From an uncultured virus (IMG/VR IMGVR_UViG_3300009618_000004) (Duplodnaviria > Heunggongvirae > Uroviricota > Caudoviricetes), in the IMG/VR virus record IMGVR_UViG_3300009618_000004: 64,000 nucleotides of DNA; one strand, given 5' to 3'. Within the stretch, counting starts at the first letter, position 1. Every line of letters begins with the position of its first letter. The notes beneath the pieces were generated by a model. That model ran no database searches. It was not told where the DNA came from and saw nothing but the letters and a program-made list of their open reading frames with translations. Positions 25,182 to 34,800 of the stretch are shown piece after piece. Both the position numbers and the translations under genes were made by a program.

Positions 25182-26885
25182 CTACTTGTCTACCGGCTCA
25201 TAGCCTTGTTCTTTCAGTTGCTTCTTCATGGTATCCCAATGGGCATCAGTTGCGCCCTTGTTTTCCTTTATGAAGTCGGATTTCCAAACCTCTCCCTTGG
25301 ATTGCTTCTTACCGCCCGTCGCCGACGGAGACGAGGCCGCCGGCGCGGACGCAGCACCCGCCTGTGGCGATCCAGGCGTCGTGGTGCTTCTCTTCTCCCT
25401 CACATTCACGGGCTCCGGCGCTGAGCTATCGCCAATAAACGGATGGAATCTGCCTTGTTGAATCTCGTCTGCCAGCGTGCTAGGAAGCGCGAACTGTTTG
25501 CTCTTCATCGTCTCCTCTATTGCATCTTGAAGAGCATTCTCCATATCTTTCACTTGACCCTGACCCGCATTTCCAAAAAGTTTCTTCGGAGCATACCTTG
25601 GAGACCCGTATTGGAGATATTTTCCATTGTGACCAACAATGTTTGATAGAGCCTTGTCAATATCAACCTGGTCACCGTCTTGATTCACTGCATCCTTAGA
25701 GTTGCTTCTAACAACACTCATCGCGTGTTCAAGAACGGCGCTCTCGTACTCCATGGCTTTTTCTTCGCTGCTCAAATAGGAACTGGCTCTCGCGGCACTA
25801 TCTTCCGCATCCTTTGGACTTTTCGCCGCCACGTCCGCTAAATCTTTCAGATCGCCTTGAGAGAGGTTTGTGTATCTCTTCGACAAGTCTCTGTACACTT
25901 GGAGGGAATGTTTTCCTTCAGGGGTGTTGGAAAACATCGGCGCTCCGCCACCAGACTCACTACCGCCGCCGCCAGACCTATGTCCGCGAGTCGATTCCTC
26001 GGCTATCCACTCTTCATAAGATCCCTTGTATCCTTTCTTGAGGGCATCATCGTAATCCTTCCGCTTCAACTCGGATGCAGTTGGAGGCTTGGTCGGAGGC
26101 TGGAAACCTTCAGGAACTTCAACAGGTACATATCTTCCATCTTGCAATTCAAAAGGCTTCTTCTTTCCGTCCTCCCCGGCAAGCCATTCGACTTTTCCTG
26201 TGCTTTCCGAAGGCTTCGGCGGGTTCACCACGGCATACGCTTGGTTGTACTGCTCGCGCTGCGCCTGCCCTGCCGGTGACTCATACCATTTGGTCATAGA
26301 ACTCATCGGCGAGCCAACCAGTTTACGAATTTGCAGCAAGGCTGACGCTTTCTCTTGCGGGTTGCCTGTCTGCATAATCTGTTTGAGTTTTTCTATCTGC
26401 TGCTGTGGAGTTTGAGGTTGGTCTGTCGGTTGCTGGCTTTGTGCGCCCTTCTTCGACGACTTTTTAGGCTTGCTGCCACCGTCTGGACCGTTTACCATTT
26501 TTTCCTGCCAGTCCAGCATTGCCCCATAAGAAGTCTGCTCTGCCAACTTGGCTGTCTTGTAATCATCGCTGTTGGGGTCAACACCAGCCTTTATCAATTC
26601 GTTAAGTTTTTGCTCATCGTTTTTATGAGACGCAACCAGACCGTCGCTCTTCGCCTTGAACTGCCCGGCCACCTTCTGCGCGGCCGCCGCCTTGCCGTTC
26701 ATGTAGCCCTTGAAGATGTTGTCGAGGAGTCCGGCTGCGGCTCCCGCCTTTGAGATCGGCAAGCCGGCGAACTGAAATGGCTGACTTTGCGGAACTGGGG
26801 GCGGGGGTGGAGCTGGCTCGGGCGGCTGGTACGCCTGGTAGGTTGGCTGCGAAATGGTTGGATCGTATTCGTTCTTCGTCGGCAT
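25182..26885 (-). CDS. Putative internal virion (ejection) protein
   Basis: Q/P/S-rich helical protein between the pilot-like and giant proteins. RBS AGGAG precedes ATG 26885. Confidence 0.7.
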   Translation of the reverse strand: MPTKNEYDPTISQPTYQAYQPPEPAPPPPPVPQSQPFQFAGLPISKAGAAAGLLDNIFKGYMNGKAAAAQKVAGQFKAKSDGLVASHKNDEQKLNELIKAGVDPNSDDYKTAKLAEQTSYGAMLDWQEKMVNGPDGGSKPKKSSKKGAQSQQPTDQPQTPQQQIEKLKQIMQTGNPQEKASALLQIRKLVGSPMSSMTKWYESPAGQAQREQYNQAYAVVNPPKPSESTGKVEWLAGEDGKKKPFELQDGRYVPVEVPEGFQPPTKPPTASELKRKDYDDALKKGYKGSYEEWIAEESTRGHRSGGGGSESGGGAPMFSNTPEGKHSLQVYRDLSKRYTNLSQGDLKDLADVAAKSPKDAEDSAARASSYLSSEEKAMEYESAVLEHAMSVVRSNSKDAVNQDGDQVDIDKALSNIVGHNGKYLQYGSPRYAPKKLFGNAGQGQVKDMENALQDAIEETMKSKQFALPSTLADEIQQGRFHPFIGDSSAPEPVNVREKRSTTTPGSPQAGAASAPAASSPSATGGKKQSKGEVWKSDFIKENKGATDAHWDTMKKQLKEQGYEPVDK

Positions 26886-26893
26886 CTCGTCTC

Positions 26894-27517
26894 CTATGTA
26901 AATAGAGCAGCCAGTCCCGTCGCTCCGCCAGCGGTTGTGGTATCGCCGATCATCCCAGCTATGTCGCCGCCTAAAGAGCCGAACGCGCCTAGACTCTGCC
27001 CTTTCTGCTGGGCGGCCAACTGCTGTCCCTCGATCTGTTGCTGGCCGACTTGACCCCATCCCTGATTTGCCGTTCCGAGTCCGGAGATGGCCGCTCCAGC
27101 GGACGAGATTCCCTCGGCGGTTCCTTGGCCGGCGAGCTGCGAGAGAGCTGAAAAGCTATTGAGGTACGACCCGGTTGCCGCACTTCCCACCTGCGCGCCT
27201 TGCGCCACATCGGCGCTTTCCAGAGCCAGCGCCGTCGCGCCGCTGGCCGGCGCATTGTTCATGATGTTCTGTTTGGCTCCGGCTGTGGCCTTGGCGATCT
27301 GTTGGGTTGCAGGAGATATTGCGCGAGAAATGGCGTAGGGATCTCCCGACGCCAAAGTTTGATTGTAATTTTCACTTTGCTGAAAGCCGGGATTTGACTC
27401 GTTGAAGAGCTGAGAACTTTGCTGTTGTTGCTGCATCGCAATTTGGGTCAGAGCATCGTTGTTCTGGATCCCAGAGTTCTGAACTTGAGGGCTAACGCCT
27501 GTGGCTGATTTTCCCGT
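26894..27517 (-). CDS. Putative DNA pilot / internal virion protein (probable ACG start)
   Basis: Gly/Ala/Gln-rich protein. The frame is open to ACG 27517 with GGAGGG 7 nt upstream, giving (M)GKSATGVSPQ. Confidence 0.7.
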   Translation of the reverse strand, partial: TGKSATGVSPQVQNSGIQNNDALTQIAMQQQQQSSQLFNESNPGFQQSENYNQTLASGDPYAISRAISPATQQIAKATAGAKQNIMNNAPASGATALALESADVAQGAQVGSAATGSYLNSFSALSQLAGQGTAEGISSAGAAISGLGTANQGWGQVGQQQIEGQQLAAQQKGQSLGAFGSLGGDIAGMIGDTTTAGGATGLAALFT

Positions 27518-27644
27518 AAAAATACCCTCCCTCTACTCTGCTTGCGCCAGTTGATGTTTCTGAATTTTCCATCATCGCCACACTCCTACGGCGAAATGAT
27601 AGCAGGAGAGACGGGTCGGGGAACTGGCTTGCGGGAAATGATTT

Positions 27645-27926
27645 TCAGGATTTTGCGCGCGGGATTCCGCTGTATGCGGGGGTGCTGGCGCACTGCGGTC
27701 CATCCGCGAGCAGGCCGTCGAGAGAAATCGAACCTGTCGCCGCCCCGCAAATGTCGCACGGCCCAGCCCAATCTTCTGGTAGGGAGTTGTGGCATCGGAC
27801 GCACCAGCGCCCCATCAGGTAGTCCGGCTGGCGGCCTGGACGCGGCGTACCGAACCTGTCATGGATGGTGTCGATGGCGTTCTTGAGGCGATCGGCGATG
27901 AAGAGATCTACAGAGAAATCGGTCAT
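27645..27926 (-). CDS. Zn-ribbon hypothetical protein
   Basis: CVRC...CDIC; ATGA-coupled. Confidence 0.65.
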   Translation of the reverse strand: MTDFSVDLFIADRLKNAIDTIHDRFGTPRPGRQPDYLMGRWCVRCHNSLPEDWAGPCDICGAATGSISLDGLLADGPQCASTPAYSGIPRAKS

Positions 27927-28384
27927 GGCTTTTCTTGATGGCACTCGCACTCGCAGGGGGCGTAGAGGTTGTTGGGGAGCCGGCGCATACCAGAACACTT
28001 TTCATGGCTCTTTAGACCAAGCTGGCAGAGAGTAGAAGCCAGAGGGTTTCTCGCCTTTTTGGGCCACTTTTTAATCTCTATTCCCTTTCCGATGTGACAC
28101 TGACATGAGCACAATATCCCGTTTACCACATCTCCCTCATGTCGTCTTCCCGTGCATGAGCCGTGACAAAAGCGCTTGCATAAAGAAGAAGGGTGACTTC
28201 CGAGTTTATACACAGGGTAGAGTCTTTGTTTTATCTGAATAGGTATTAAGGAAAACCTTACTCCATGGCATAAACTATATCTTTGTTTAGGCCAACATCC
28301 ATCCCCTATTGCTGCATGGCACTTTGGGCACTCGAACTGCAGCCAGGGTTGAGTAGTCAGCCGCTTTTTTTGCTCTTTATTCAT
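27923..28384 (-). CDS. Cys/His-rich (multi Zn-binding) hypothetical protein
   Basis: CPKC...C...H, then two C...H..C...CxCxCH modules. Confidence 0.65.
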   Translation of the reverse strand: MNKEQKKRLTTQPWLQFECPKCHAAIGDGCWPKQRYSLCHGVRFSLIPIQIKQRLYPVYKLGSHPSSLCKRFCHGSCTGRRHEGDVVNGILCSCQCHIGKGIEIKKWPKKARNPLASTLCQLGLKSHEKCSGMRRLPNNLYAPCECECHQEKP

Positions 28385-28430
28385 TTTTCTTCGGTAATCT
28401 CGCAAGGTTTCATTCTTATTCTCCTTTGTT

Positions 28431-29612
28431 TCAAAACGGCAACTCCGGCTGTATATCGTCCTCGATCGCCGCCACAACTTCGCACCTGCAGCCGGGGAAT
28501 TGGCGCTCGAAGACCTCGAATTGCACGGCAACCGCCTCGGCCGTCCGCTCCACGAGCTTGTCGTGTAGCAGCGCGCCGTTGGCGTCAAATGCCTGGACGA
28601 CGACCCAATCCTCAACGGCAAATGGCGCGGCGCGTTCCGCCTCGGGAATGACTTCATCGACCTCTGGCCACTGCACATCGATCACTGGCGCGGCAACGGG
28701 CGGCGCGGTGCGCGGCTGTGGAACAATCTTGAGCGGCCCGACCTGCGCCTCTTCGACCATTCTCGGATTGAAGAAGTAGATCCCGGCGCCGTTCTCCCCT
28801 TGCGCGATCACCTTCAAGTCCATACCATCGGGGATCCCCGGCACGTAGGTCGAGGTGTACGGGAAGTAGACCACCGCAATCTCTCCGGCGGCCAGGCGTT
28901 GCACCTGAGCATCTATCGCTTCGCGTGGAGTGTCGGTCAGCAGGGGGAGAATCAGCGGTTCTTCAACCTCTTCCGCCCGGTACTGCTTGACCAGGAAGTC
29001 GGCCACATACTGCTCGAAGTCCTCGCGCATCAGCGCCGAGACCACCAGCGGAACGAGTTTGGTCTCGCGCAACTGGAAGCAGGGAATCTCGCCGCAGTCC
29101 TTGAAGCCGAAGCGGCCCATGAACTTCGCGGTGAGCGTGTTGTCGGTATATCGGTTGCCTATGATGGCGCGCAGGTCAAATTCCTTGAAGATGTAGGCAA
29201 GGCCCAGCATGGTCACAATCTGCTGGTCTTCGGTTCCCCAGGCTTCACGAAAGAAACCATACCCGGCGATCATCGACCTTTCCGTGCTGTTCGTCCCGAT
29301 CATGACGGTCGGGAAAGCAAAACCGAGCTCGTGAAACTTGTCGCCTTCCCACCGGCCAAGGATAAGCAGGAAGGCGCGGCTGGAAAAATAGGTGACGATG
29401 GAATTGAAGTCGGACGCGGGGTTGCCGCCAAAAAGAGCGTCGAGTATTCCGTTCCCAGACCGGCGCTTGGACTCGCGACAGCGATTGTACAGATGGCCAA
29501 GATAGTCGTCGGGGAAGAGATCGGCGTTCTTCTTGTCGTAGCGGATGGCGGCCAGATCGCCGAGGCGATAGCCGTCTTCTTTCAATGCCGCCAGAACGTC
29601 AACCTCACTCAC
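28431..29612 (-). CDS. GNAT (RimJ/RimL-like) acyltransferase domain protein
   Basis: GYGFFREAWG...LAYIFKEFDLRAIIG....N.LTAKF..RFGFK.CG.IP. Position upstream of the ejection proteins is typical of podoviruses. Confidence 0.75.
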   Translation of the reverse strand: MSEVDVLAALKEDGYRLGDLAAIRYDKKNADLFPDDYLGHLYNRCRESKRRSGNGILDALFGGNPASDFNSIVTYFSSRAFLLILGRWEGDKFHELGFAFPTVMIGTNSTERSMIAGYGFFREAWGTEDQQIVTMLGLAYIFKEFDLRAIIGNRYTDNTLTAKFMGRFGFKDCGEIPCFQLRETKLVPLVVSALMREDFEQYVADFLVKQYRAEEVEEPLILPLLTDTPREAIDAQVQRLAAGEIAVVYFPYTSTYVPGIPDGMDLKVIAQGENGAGIYFFNPRMVEEAQVGPLKIVPQPRTAPPVAAPVIDVQWPEVDEVIPEAERAAPFAVEDWVVVQAFDANGALLHDKLVERTAEAVAVQFEVFERQFPGCRCEVVAAIEDDIQPELPF

Positions 29613-30079
29613 CGTCCAACCTCCATCGCCAGCAACACCGTGCCGGTAATCAGCAGCGCCACCGAGGAGAAGCCAAGCGAGAGAATCAGCGCGTATTTGT
29701 TGAGGGTGTAGTTGGACGGGCCGATCTTCTCGTACACACCCCGCGCTTCACTGAACTCCTTGCCGGGGTACTTCACTGTCATGTACCCTTCGTAGAAGAA
29801 CACCAGCAACCCGTTGAATAACAGCGAGCAGAGCGCAGCAATTAGAAACACTCCGCAGACCCACAGATTGCCGGTGTACCTGAAAGTCCACGACGCGCCG
29901 TAGAAGCCTAGACCGGCGACGACATAGAAGAAGACCGAGTAGAGAATCAGCAACGGAAAGAAGGTTCCCGGCTTAGTGCCGTTGCCGTGGTCCATCTCGT
30001 AAGGGCCAGCACGCAGGGCGAGGCGAAAGAAGATCCACAAGATCAGTGGCAGAGCGACGGGAAGCAGGGTGTACATCAT
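29609..30079 (-). CDS. Membrane protein (about 4 TM helices)
   Basis: Four hydrophobic stretches. Confidence 0.75.
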   Translation of the reverse strand: MMYTLLPVALPLILWIFFRLALRAGPYEMDHGNGTKPGTFFPLLILYSVFFYVVAGLGFYGASWTFRYTGNLWVCGVFLIAALCSLLFNGLLVFFYEGYMTVKYPGKEFSEARGVYEKIGPSNYTLNKYALILSLGFSSVALLITGTVLLAMEVGR

Positions 30080-31065
30080 TTGGTCCTTTCTTCTTGCAAC
30101 GGATACTCGTAGTATCCATTCAATTTTGGGTTATCAGGCCAGGATTCATTCAGCAAGACAACTGTTTTTGTTCCTTCGAGCCGGTCGTCTTGTAACCAGA
30201 CCGCGTTATTGAAGAAGAACCCATCCTTCGTATTGTAGGTCACGGGCTTGATCTGCGAAGGAATCATGCGGAATAATACATCATCCATTACCGCCTTCGA
30301 CGAGTAGATAAGAGATGGTTTTGTATTACCGAGCACCAGGCTTCCGAATGCTCTTTGAAGCCCGTTGAATGGTGGACACCCGTGAGTAATCTCGCTCAAA
30401 TCAGATAAGACATAACCTTCTATAACGGGCGCAGTGGATATCGCCTGAATCTTTTTCCTCTTTTCTTCGATGTGGTCGAGTGCCGCGGCTGCGCGCCCCG
30501 CTCGTCCCGTTCCGCCATCCTTGTTCGCTTCGTCTGCCTTCTTCATGGCATTTACTATCTGATCGAAGCCGTCCTCAACTTCCGCTCCTCTTGGGTTTAT
30601 TTTTTCAAGCGTCGCTGCCGCGCGTTTCTGGCCCGAATGGTCACTCCAGGCGTCCGGCATACCTGCCGACTTCCATTTGGTGAACTCACCCCAGAACGGC
30701 GAATTGAGATTGACGGGTCTCTCAACCCTGCCAGCATCCATCTTCTTCTGCTGGTCTATCATCTCTTGCGTAATAATCTTCAGCTGTGGAGTAGCCTGCC
30801 GAAACTTCTTACGCAATAAAACGAAGCGGTGTTCGCCAACGACGACGGCAATGCTCGACTCTAACCACACCGCCGACCAGGGATACTTCCACCGCACCTC
30901 GAAGCAAAGAGCCTTCAGAATAAAACCTTGAAAGGGTTCCTTGTCTGGATGCCTGATGGGAATATCAAAATGATATCCTTTTCCATCAAAGGAATCGGCT
31001 TGTATATCTGTTCCACAGATCATGCTCTTGTGGACAAGACCTCGCCTAAATTGAAAGATAGACAT
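30076..31065 (-). CDS. Chimeric protein containing a scaffold-tail motif and a major-capsid-like fragment
   Basis: AGRAAAALD is shared with the scaffold. LQRAFG...GNTKPSLI...IPSQ...FNN aligns to the capsid protein. Confidence 0.7.
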   Translation of the reverse strand: MSIFQFRRGLVHKSMICGTDIQADSFDGKGYHFDIPIRHPDKEPFQGFILKALCFEVRWKYPWSAVWLESSIAVVVGEHRFVLLRKKFRQATPQLKIITQEMIDQQKKMDAGRVERPVNLNSPFWGEFTKWKSAGMPDAWSDHSGQKRAAATLEKINPRGAEVEDGFDQIVNAMKKADEANKDGGTGRAGRAAAALDHIEEKRKKIQAISTAPVIEGYVLSDLSEITHGCPPFNGLQRAFGSLVLGNTKPSLIYSSKAVMDDVLFRMIPSQIKPVTYNTKDGFFFNNAVWLQDDRLEGTKTVVLLNESWPDNPKLNGYYEYPLQEERTK

Positions 31066-31247
31066 TTCCGTTTCCTTTCCGCGATGACATCCAGGTCATC
31101 CCCGGTCGCCAGCATAAGTTGCATATCAATGGCTCGATGGGCATTAAGATTCCTTTCTCCTCGGGGCCAGACGTGTTGTTTCAGGAGACCCATAGGGCTG
31201 CGTCGCAGGATTTCCCTGCGCACCATAGCACCCGGCCCCAAGCTCAT
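31020..31247 (-). CDS. Hypothetical protein
   Basis: 75-aa ORF filling the gap; no recognisable motif. Confidence 0.4.
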   Translation of the reverse strand: MSLGPGAMVRREILRRSPMGLLKQHVWPRGERNLNAHRAIDMQLMLATGDDLDVIAERKRKCLSFNLGEVLSTRA

Positions 31248-31251
31248 AAAA

Positions 31252-31530
31252 TTACCGAACCCGTTGCGGCCCAGGAGCCGGCTGCGGAAGAGCTAGTCCG
31301 GAGGCATTCGGCCCGGCGTCAAAGGCGTCCGCCGAGGCCTTGAGTTGGATGGATGCGTTCAGCATCTGGCCCAGGGGCGGGTCGGCGACGGAGTACGAGC
31401 CATCCAGAATGAGTGCGCCACCAATGCGGCCCAGGAAGTTGCTCACATCCCGCAAGGTATTCACAAGTTGGCTTTTGGTGGGGGCTTGGTTGAAGGAAAT
31501 TGCGTCGAGTTCCAGATCTTTCACGTCCAT
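31252..31530 (-). CDS. Hypothetical protein with its own promoter
   Basis: RBS GAGGA. Upstream TTGCAA-17-TACATT at 31573-31601. Confidence 0.75.
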   Translation of the reverse strand: MDVKDLELDAISFNQAPTKSQLVNTLRDVSNFLGRIGGALILDGSYSVADPPLGQMLNASIQLKASADAFDAGPNASGLALPQPAPGPQRVR

Positions 31531-31609
31531 GAATTGTCCTCGTCTCTAAGCGTTGGTTACGCTTGCAATTCAAATGTACACCCGGCATCCGATTCTTGCA
31601 AGCGGAAAA

Positions 31610-31852
31610 TCATACCCTCACTTCACGAGCCGTAAACTGCTTCATTGTCTCGGGAAAATCGCGTTCATCATCAGAGAGGCGGTAGATTCTGTGCTCGTCA
31701 ACATAGTTCGTCTCCATAAACCTCTCGTAGCAGGCAAAGCATTTGACGTGCCCATCCACCATAAACACCCCTTTAGGGTGTCTCGACCTGCATTTTTTGT
31801 CTTCGCATTGTTTTGGCACTGGAGATCGTCCTCTGTTACGTTTGAAGTTCAT
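31610..31852 (-). CDS. Small Zn-binding hypothetical protein
   Basis: CEDKKC...CFAC. Confidence 0.55.
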   Translation of the reverse strand: MNFKRNRGRSPVPKQCEDKKCRSRHPKGVFMVDGHVKCFACYERFMETNYVDEHRIYRLSDDERDFPETMKQFTAREVRV

Positions 31853-34800
31853 ACGGCTTGAATGTATTACCCGCCCCTACCGGCTTCCATTCGATCTTGA
31901 TTGGCGCCCACATCTGGAAGTGTTCCGGCGGGACCGCTCCAGTTGACAGCGCAACCAGCCTCCATGTCCTGAAGGTGAACGCCGTCGTCCCTGGGTTGTT
32001 GTTTCCAAACCTCTGCCGGATCACCGTGCGCGTCGCGGCGGCCGGCAGTGTGAACGTAAAGTACGGAATTGCGTTGTTGTCGGCGTAGAGGCTCACATCA
32101 ATTGCCACCGGGGAACTGTAATCGAAGTAGGCTTGCTTGGCAAACTTCGACTCGTCCGTCCCGAACTTGATCCAGTAAGAGTCGATGGTCGCCGTCAGCT
32201 CCGCCAAGACCGCCGCGTAGATGTCCTCCTGGTAGAGAATCGGCGCAACCGTCACCGGGATGGTGTGAACGATCGACGCGCGGTATGCTTCCTGGCCGAG
32301 CCCGCTGTTGACGAAGAGTTCTACCTTCTGCCTGGTCGCCGTCGAGGCGTTCGCCAGTGGAACTGAGATCGCTCCGTCCTCGAAGAGCAACGTCGAGGTC
32401 ATCACCTGGCCCTGCGTATTCACGTCCGTCTCGTAGGCATTCCATGATTTCGTATTATGCGGCTTGCCAAGGTCGCGGTACGGATGCTGGACGGTTATGG
32501 TGATCGGAGTCTGGACTAGAGCTGGGGGTGTGGCTGTGTTCCAGCCGCCGTCGTCGTAGTCGCCCACCTGGTCCTGTACCACGGCGTACTTCCCGGTCCC
32601 GATCTGCTTGCCGACGAGGAAGACGTTCGTGTCTTTCTCCCAGAACATTGCGGTTGCCGCCACGTCGTCGTAGCGGAAGCGCTGGTAATTCGTGTCGTAC
32701 ACCATGCGATACCGCGGGCTGCCGACGTTGAGGCTGATGTACGACCCGAAGACCATGTTGTTGTAGTAGGCGAAAACGTCCTGGCCGGCTTGGGTTGGAT
32801 CCGCTTGCGGCGGGATGCACTGCGGGTTGCCGCGGAAGATCCATTCGATCGGCAGCGTTTTGTACACACCGTCGGCGCCGGTAAATTCGCGCCAGCCGTC
32901 GGCAGCACGATACCAGACAGCGCCTTCAACCTCGACCCAGCCATTGCGCGCCACGATGCCATGCACAGAGCCTGTCGGCTGAGGATAGGGATTTGCCCCG
33001 CCCACGATGATCTTCCACGTCTTCAGCGTGCCGACAATAAGCGTCCCGCGCCAGTTGATGACCGCATTGATTATGTCGTCCGGAGTTGAGACGGGAATGT
33101 AGTTCTGCGGCCCGAAATTCTCCGGCAATCCCTTCTTTGAGTAGTAAAGGTTGTTGGGATTGTTCGCGTCGCCGGCCAGCCATACCTGACCGTAGGCCTC
33201 GGCACACAAACTGCATGGCTGCCGGGGGATGGCGTAAACGCTGACCGGCTCGCCCTGGTTGTGCTGCAGACGGAGAATTGCTGTGAAGGTTCCCGTTCCG
33301 CCCGTGATGACCGCCACCACCTCTTCGTTCGACGGGTTGCCGATGATGGCAAGTTGGTTCTGTACGAACACCGCGCCGGTTTGCGCCACGGTCACAGTCC
33401 GCGGGCTGAAGGTGCTGTAGATTGAATTCAAACTGGAAAGCGTGGTCGCCGCCGCCAGCGTCGTCTGAATCGGCGTGACAAGGGAACTGGTCACCGGCGG
33501 GTCATTGTCAAGCACCAGAATCTGCGCCTGTTGAATGTAGGAATCCGCGATCACATCCTTGAAGACAAACTGGCCGGTTCCCGTCACATTCGGTATCTGG
33601 CCGACTTGGACCCAATTCGACGAAAGAGTCCCGCCGCGGCGATACTGGCGCACATGAGTCACCTGGGGGTCCGGAGAATACTGCCCCACTACTTGCGCGG
33701 CCTGCCGCAAGAAGATCGGCGCGGCCGTCGAGGCCAGATAGCCGTAGTCTTCATTGAACATCTGCTCCGGGTTCGGCGACGATTCGGTCCCGGTGTTGGC
33801 ATTGTAATATGTCTGCCGGTAATCGTAGCCCACGCCCGCAAACGACGATGGGCCGTATCCCCATTGAAGATAGAGACCGTTGACCGAGAACGACACCCCG
33901 CCATTCGAGTTTGTCGTAACCGTCAACTGCCACCCCGTGACGTTCGACCAGTCGACACCAGCCTGCCCCGCTTGACCAACCGGCAGAAAGTTTCCGCGCG
34001 GAATGTAACACGCTTGCCACGACCCCGAGCCTGTCGAGATATTTGTCGGTTGCAACTGCGCGCTGATTGTTCCTGCGGGCTGCCCCGTAATCAATCCGAG
34101 ATTGTCCGCAAGTATCTGGTTTTCCGTTGCCTGATATGCAGTCGTATTTCCGCTTATGGCTCCTTGATAGTAGGCCGGGGAAATGAACGCAGAATAGTAG
34201 TTGGCTGTTCCTGAATTTGTGAAGAACTGTAACTCTATTTGGCTTATGTTCGCCGGATTCGATACCAGCAATGTCAGAACTATCAAATCCGCATCCGTCA
34301 CTTGATTGTTTTGATTCAAGTCCAGATTTACTATCTTGCTCACCGTCGCAGTTGAGCTTGCCCCCGCAATCGTCCCGCTCCATGCTCCCAGAGGAAACGC
34401 GGTAGTCGATGGGGGAACCCACTCATAGAAACCCCATGCGGACATCTGTGACGGATACGGAGAAGCGTACTGATCTGTAAGAACACATGCGGAAGGCGCA
34501 TCGGCGTCGCCTGAACCCGCGGTTGTATAAGTAACATATCCTCCAATCGCTCCAATTTGCACGGCGGACTGGAAGGCAATCGTAAGAGATGTGGTGGACG
34601 GCGCCGAGATCACTTCATAGAATCCGTCAACTAGATCGCTCGACGACGCATAGATGGCCATCAGGTCGTTCGCAACGAGACCGTGCGCGGTCGTCGTATT
34701 CACAAGCAGTTGAGTATATACGCCTCCAACAAGAGTCTGCGATGTGACGCTGGAGATCGGAACGACAACCTGCGTATTTGTATTCAGCAGGGCTATCATA

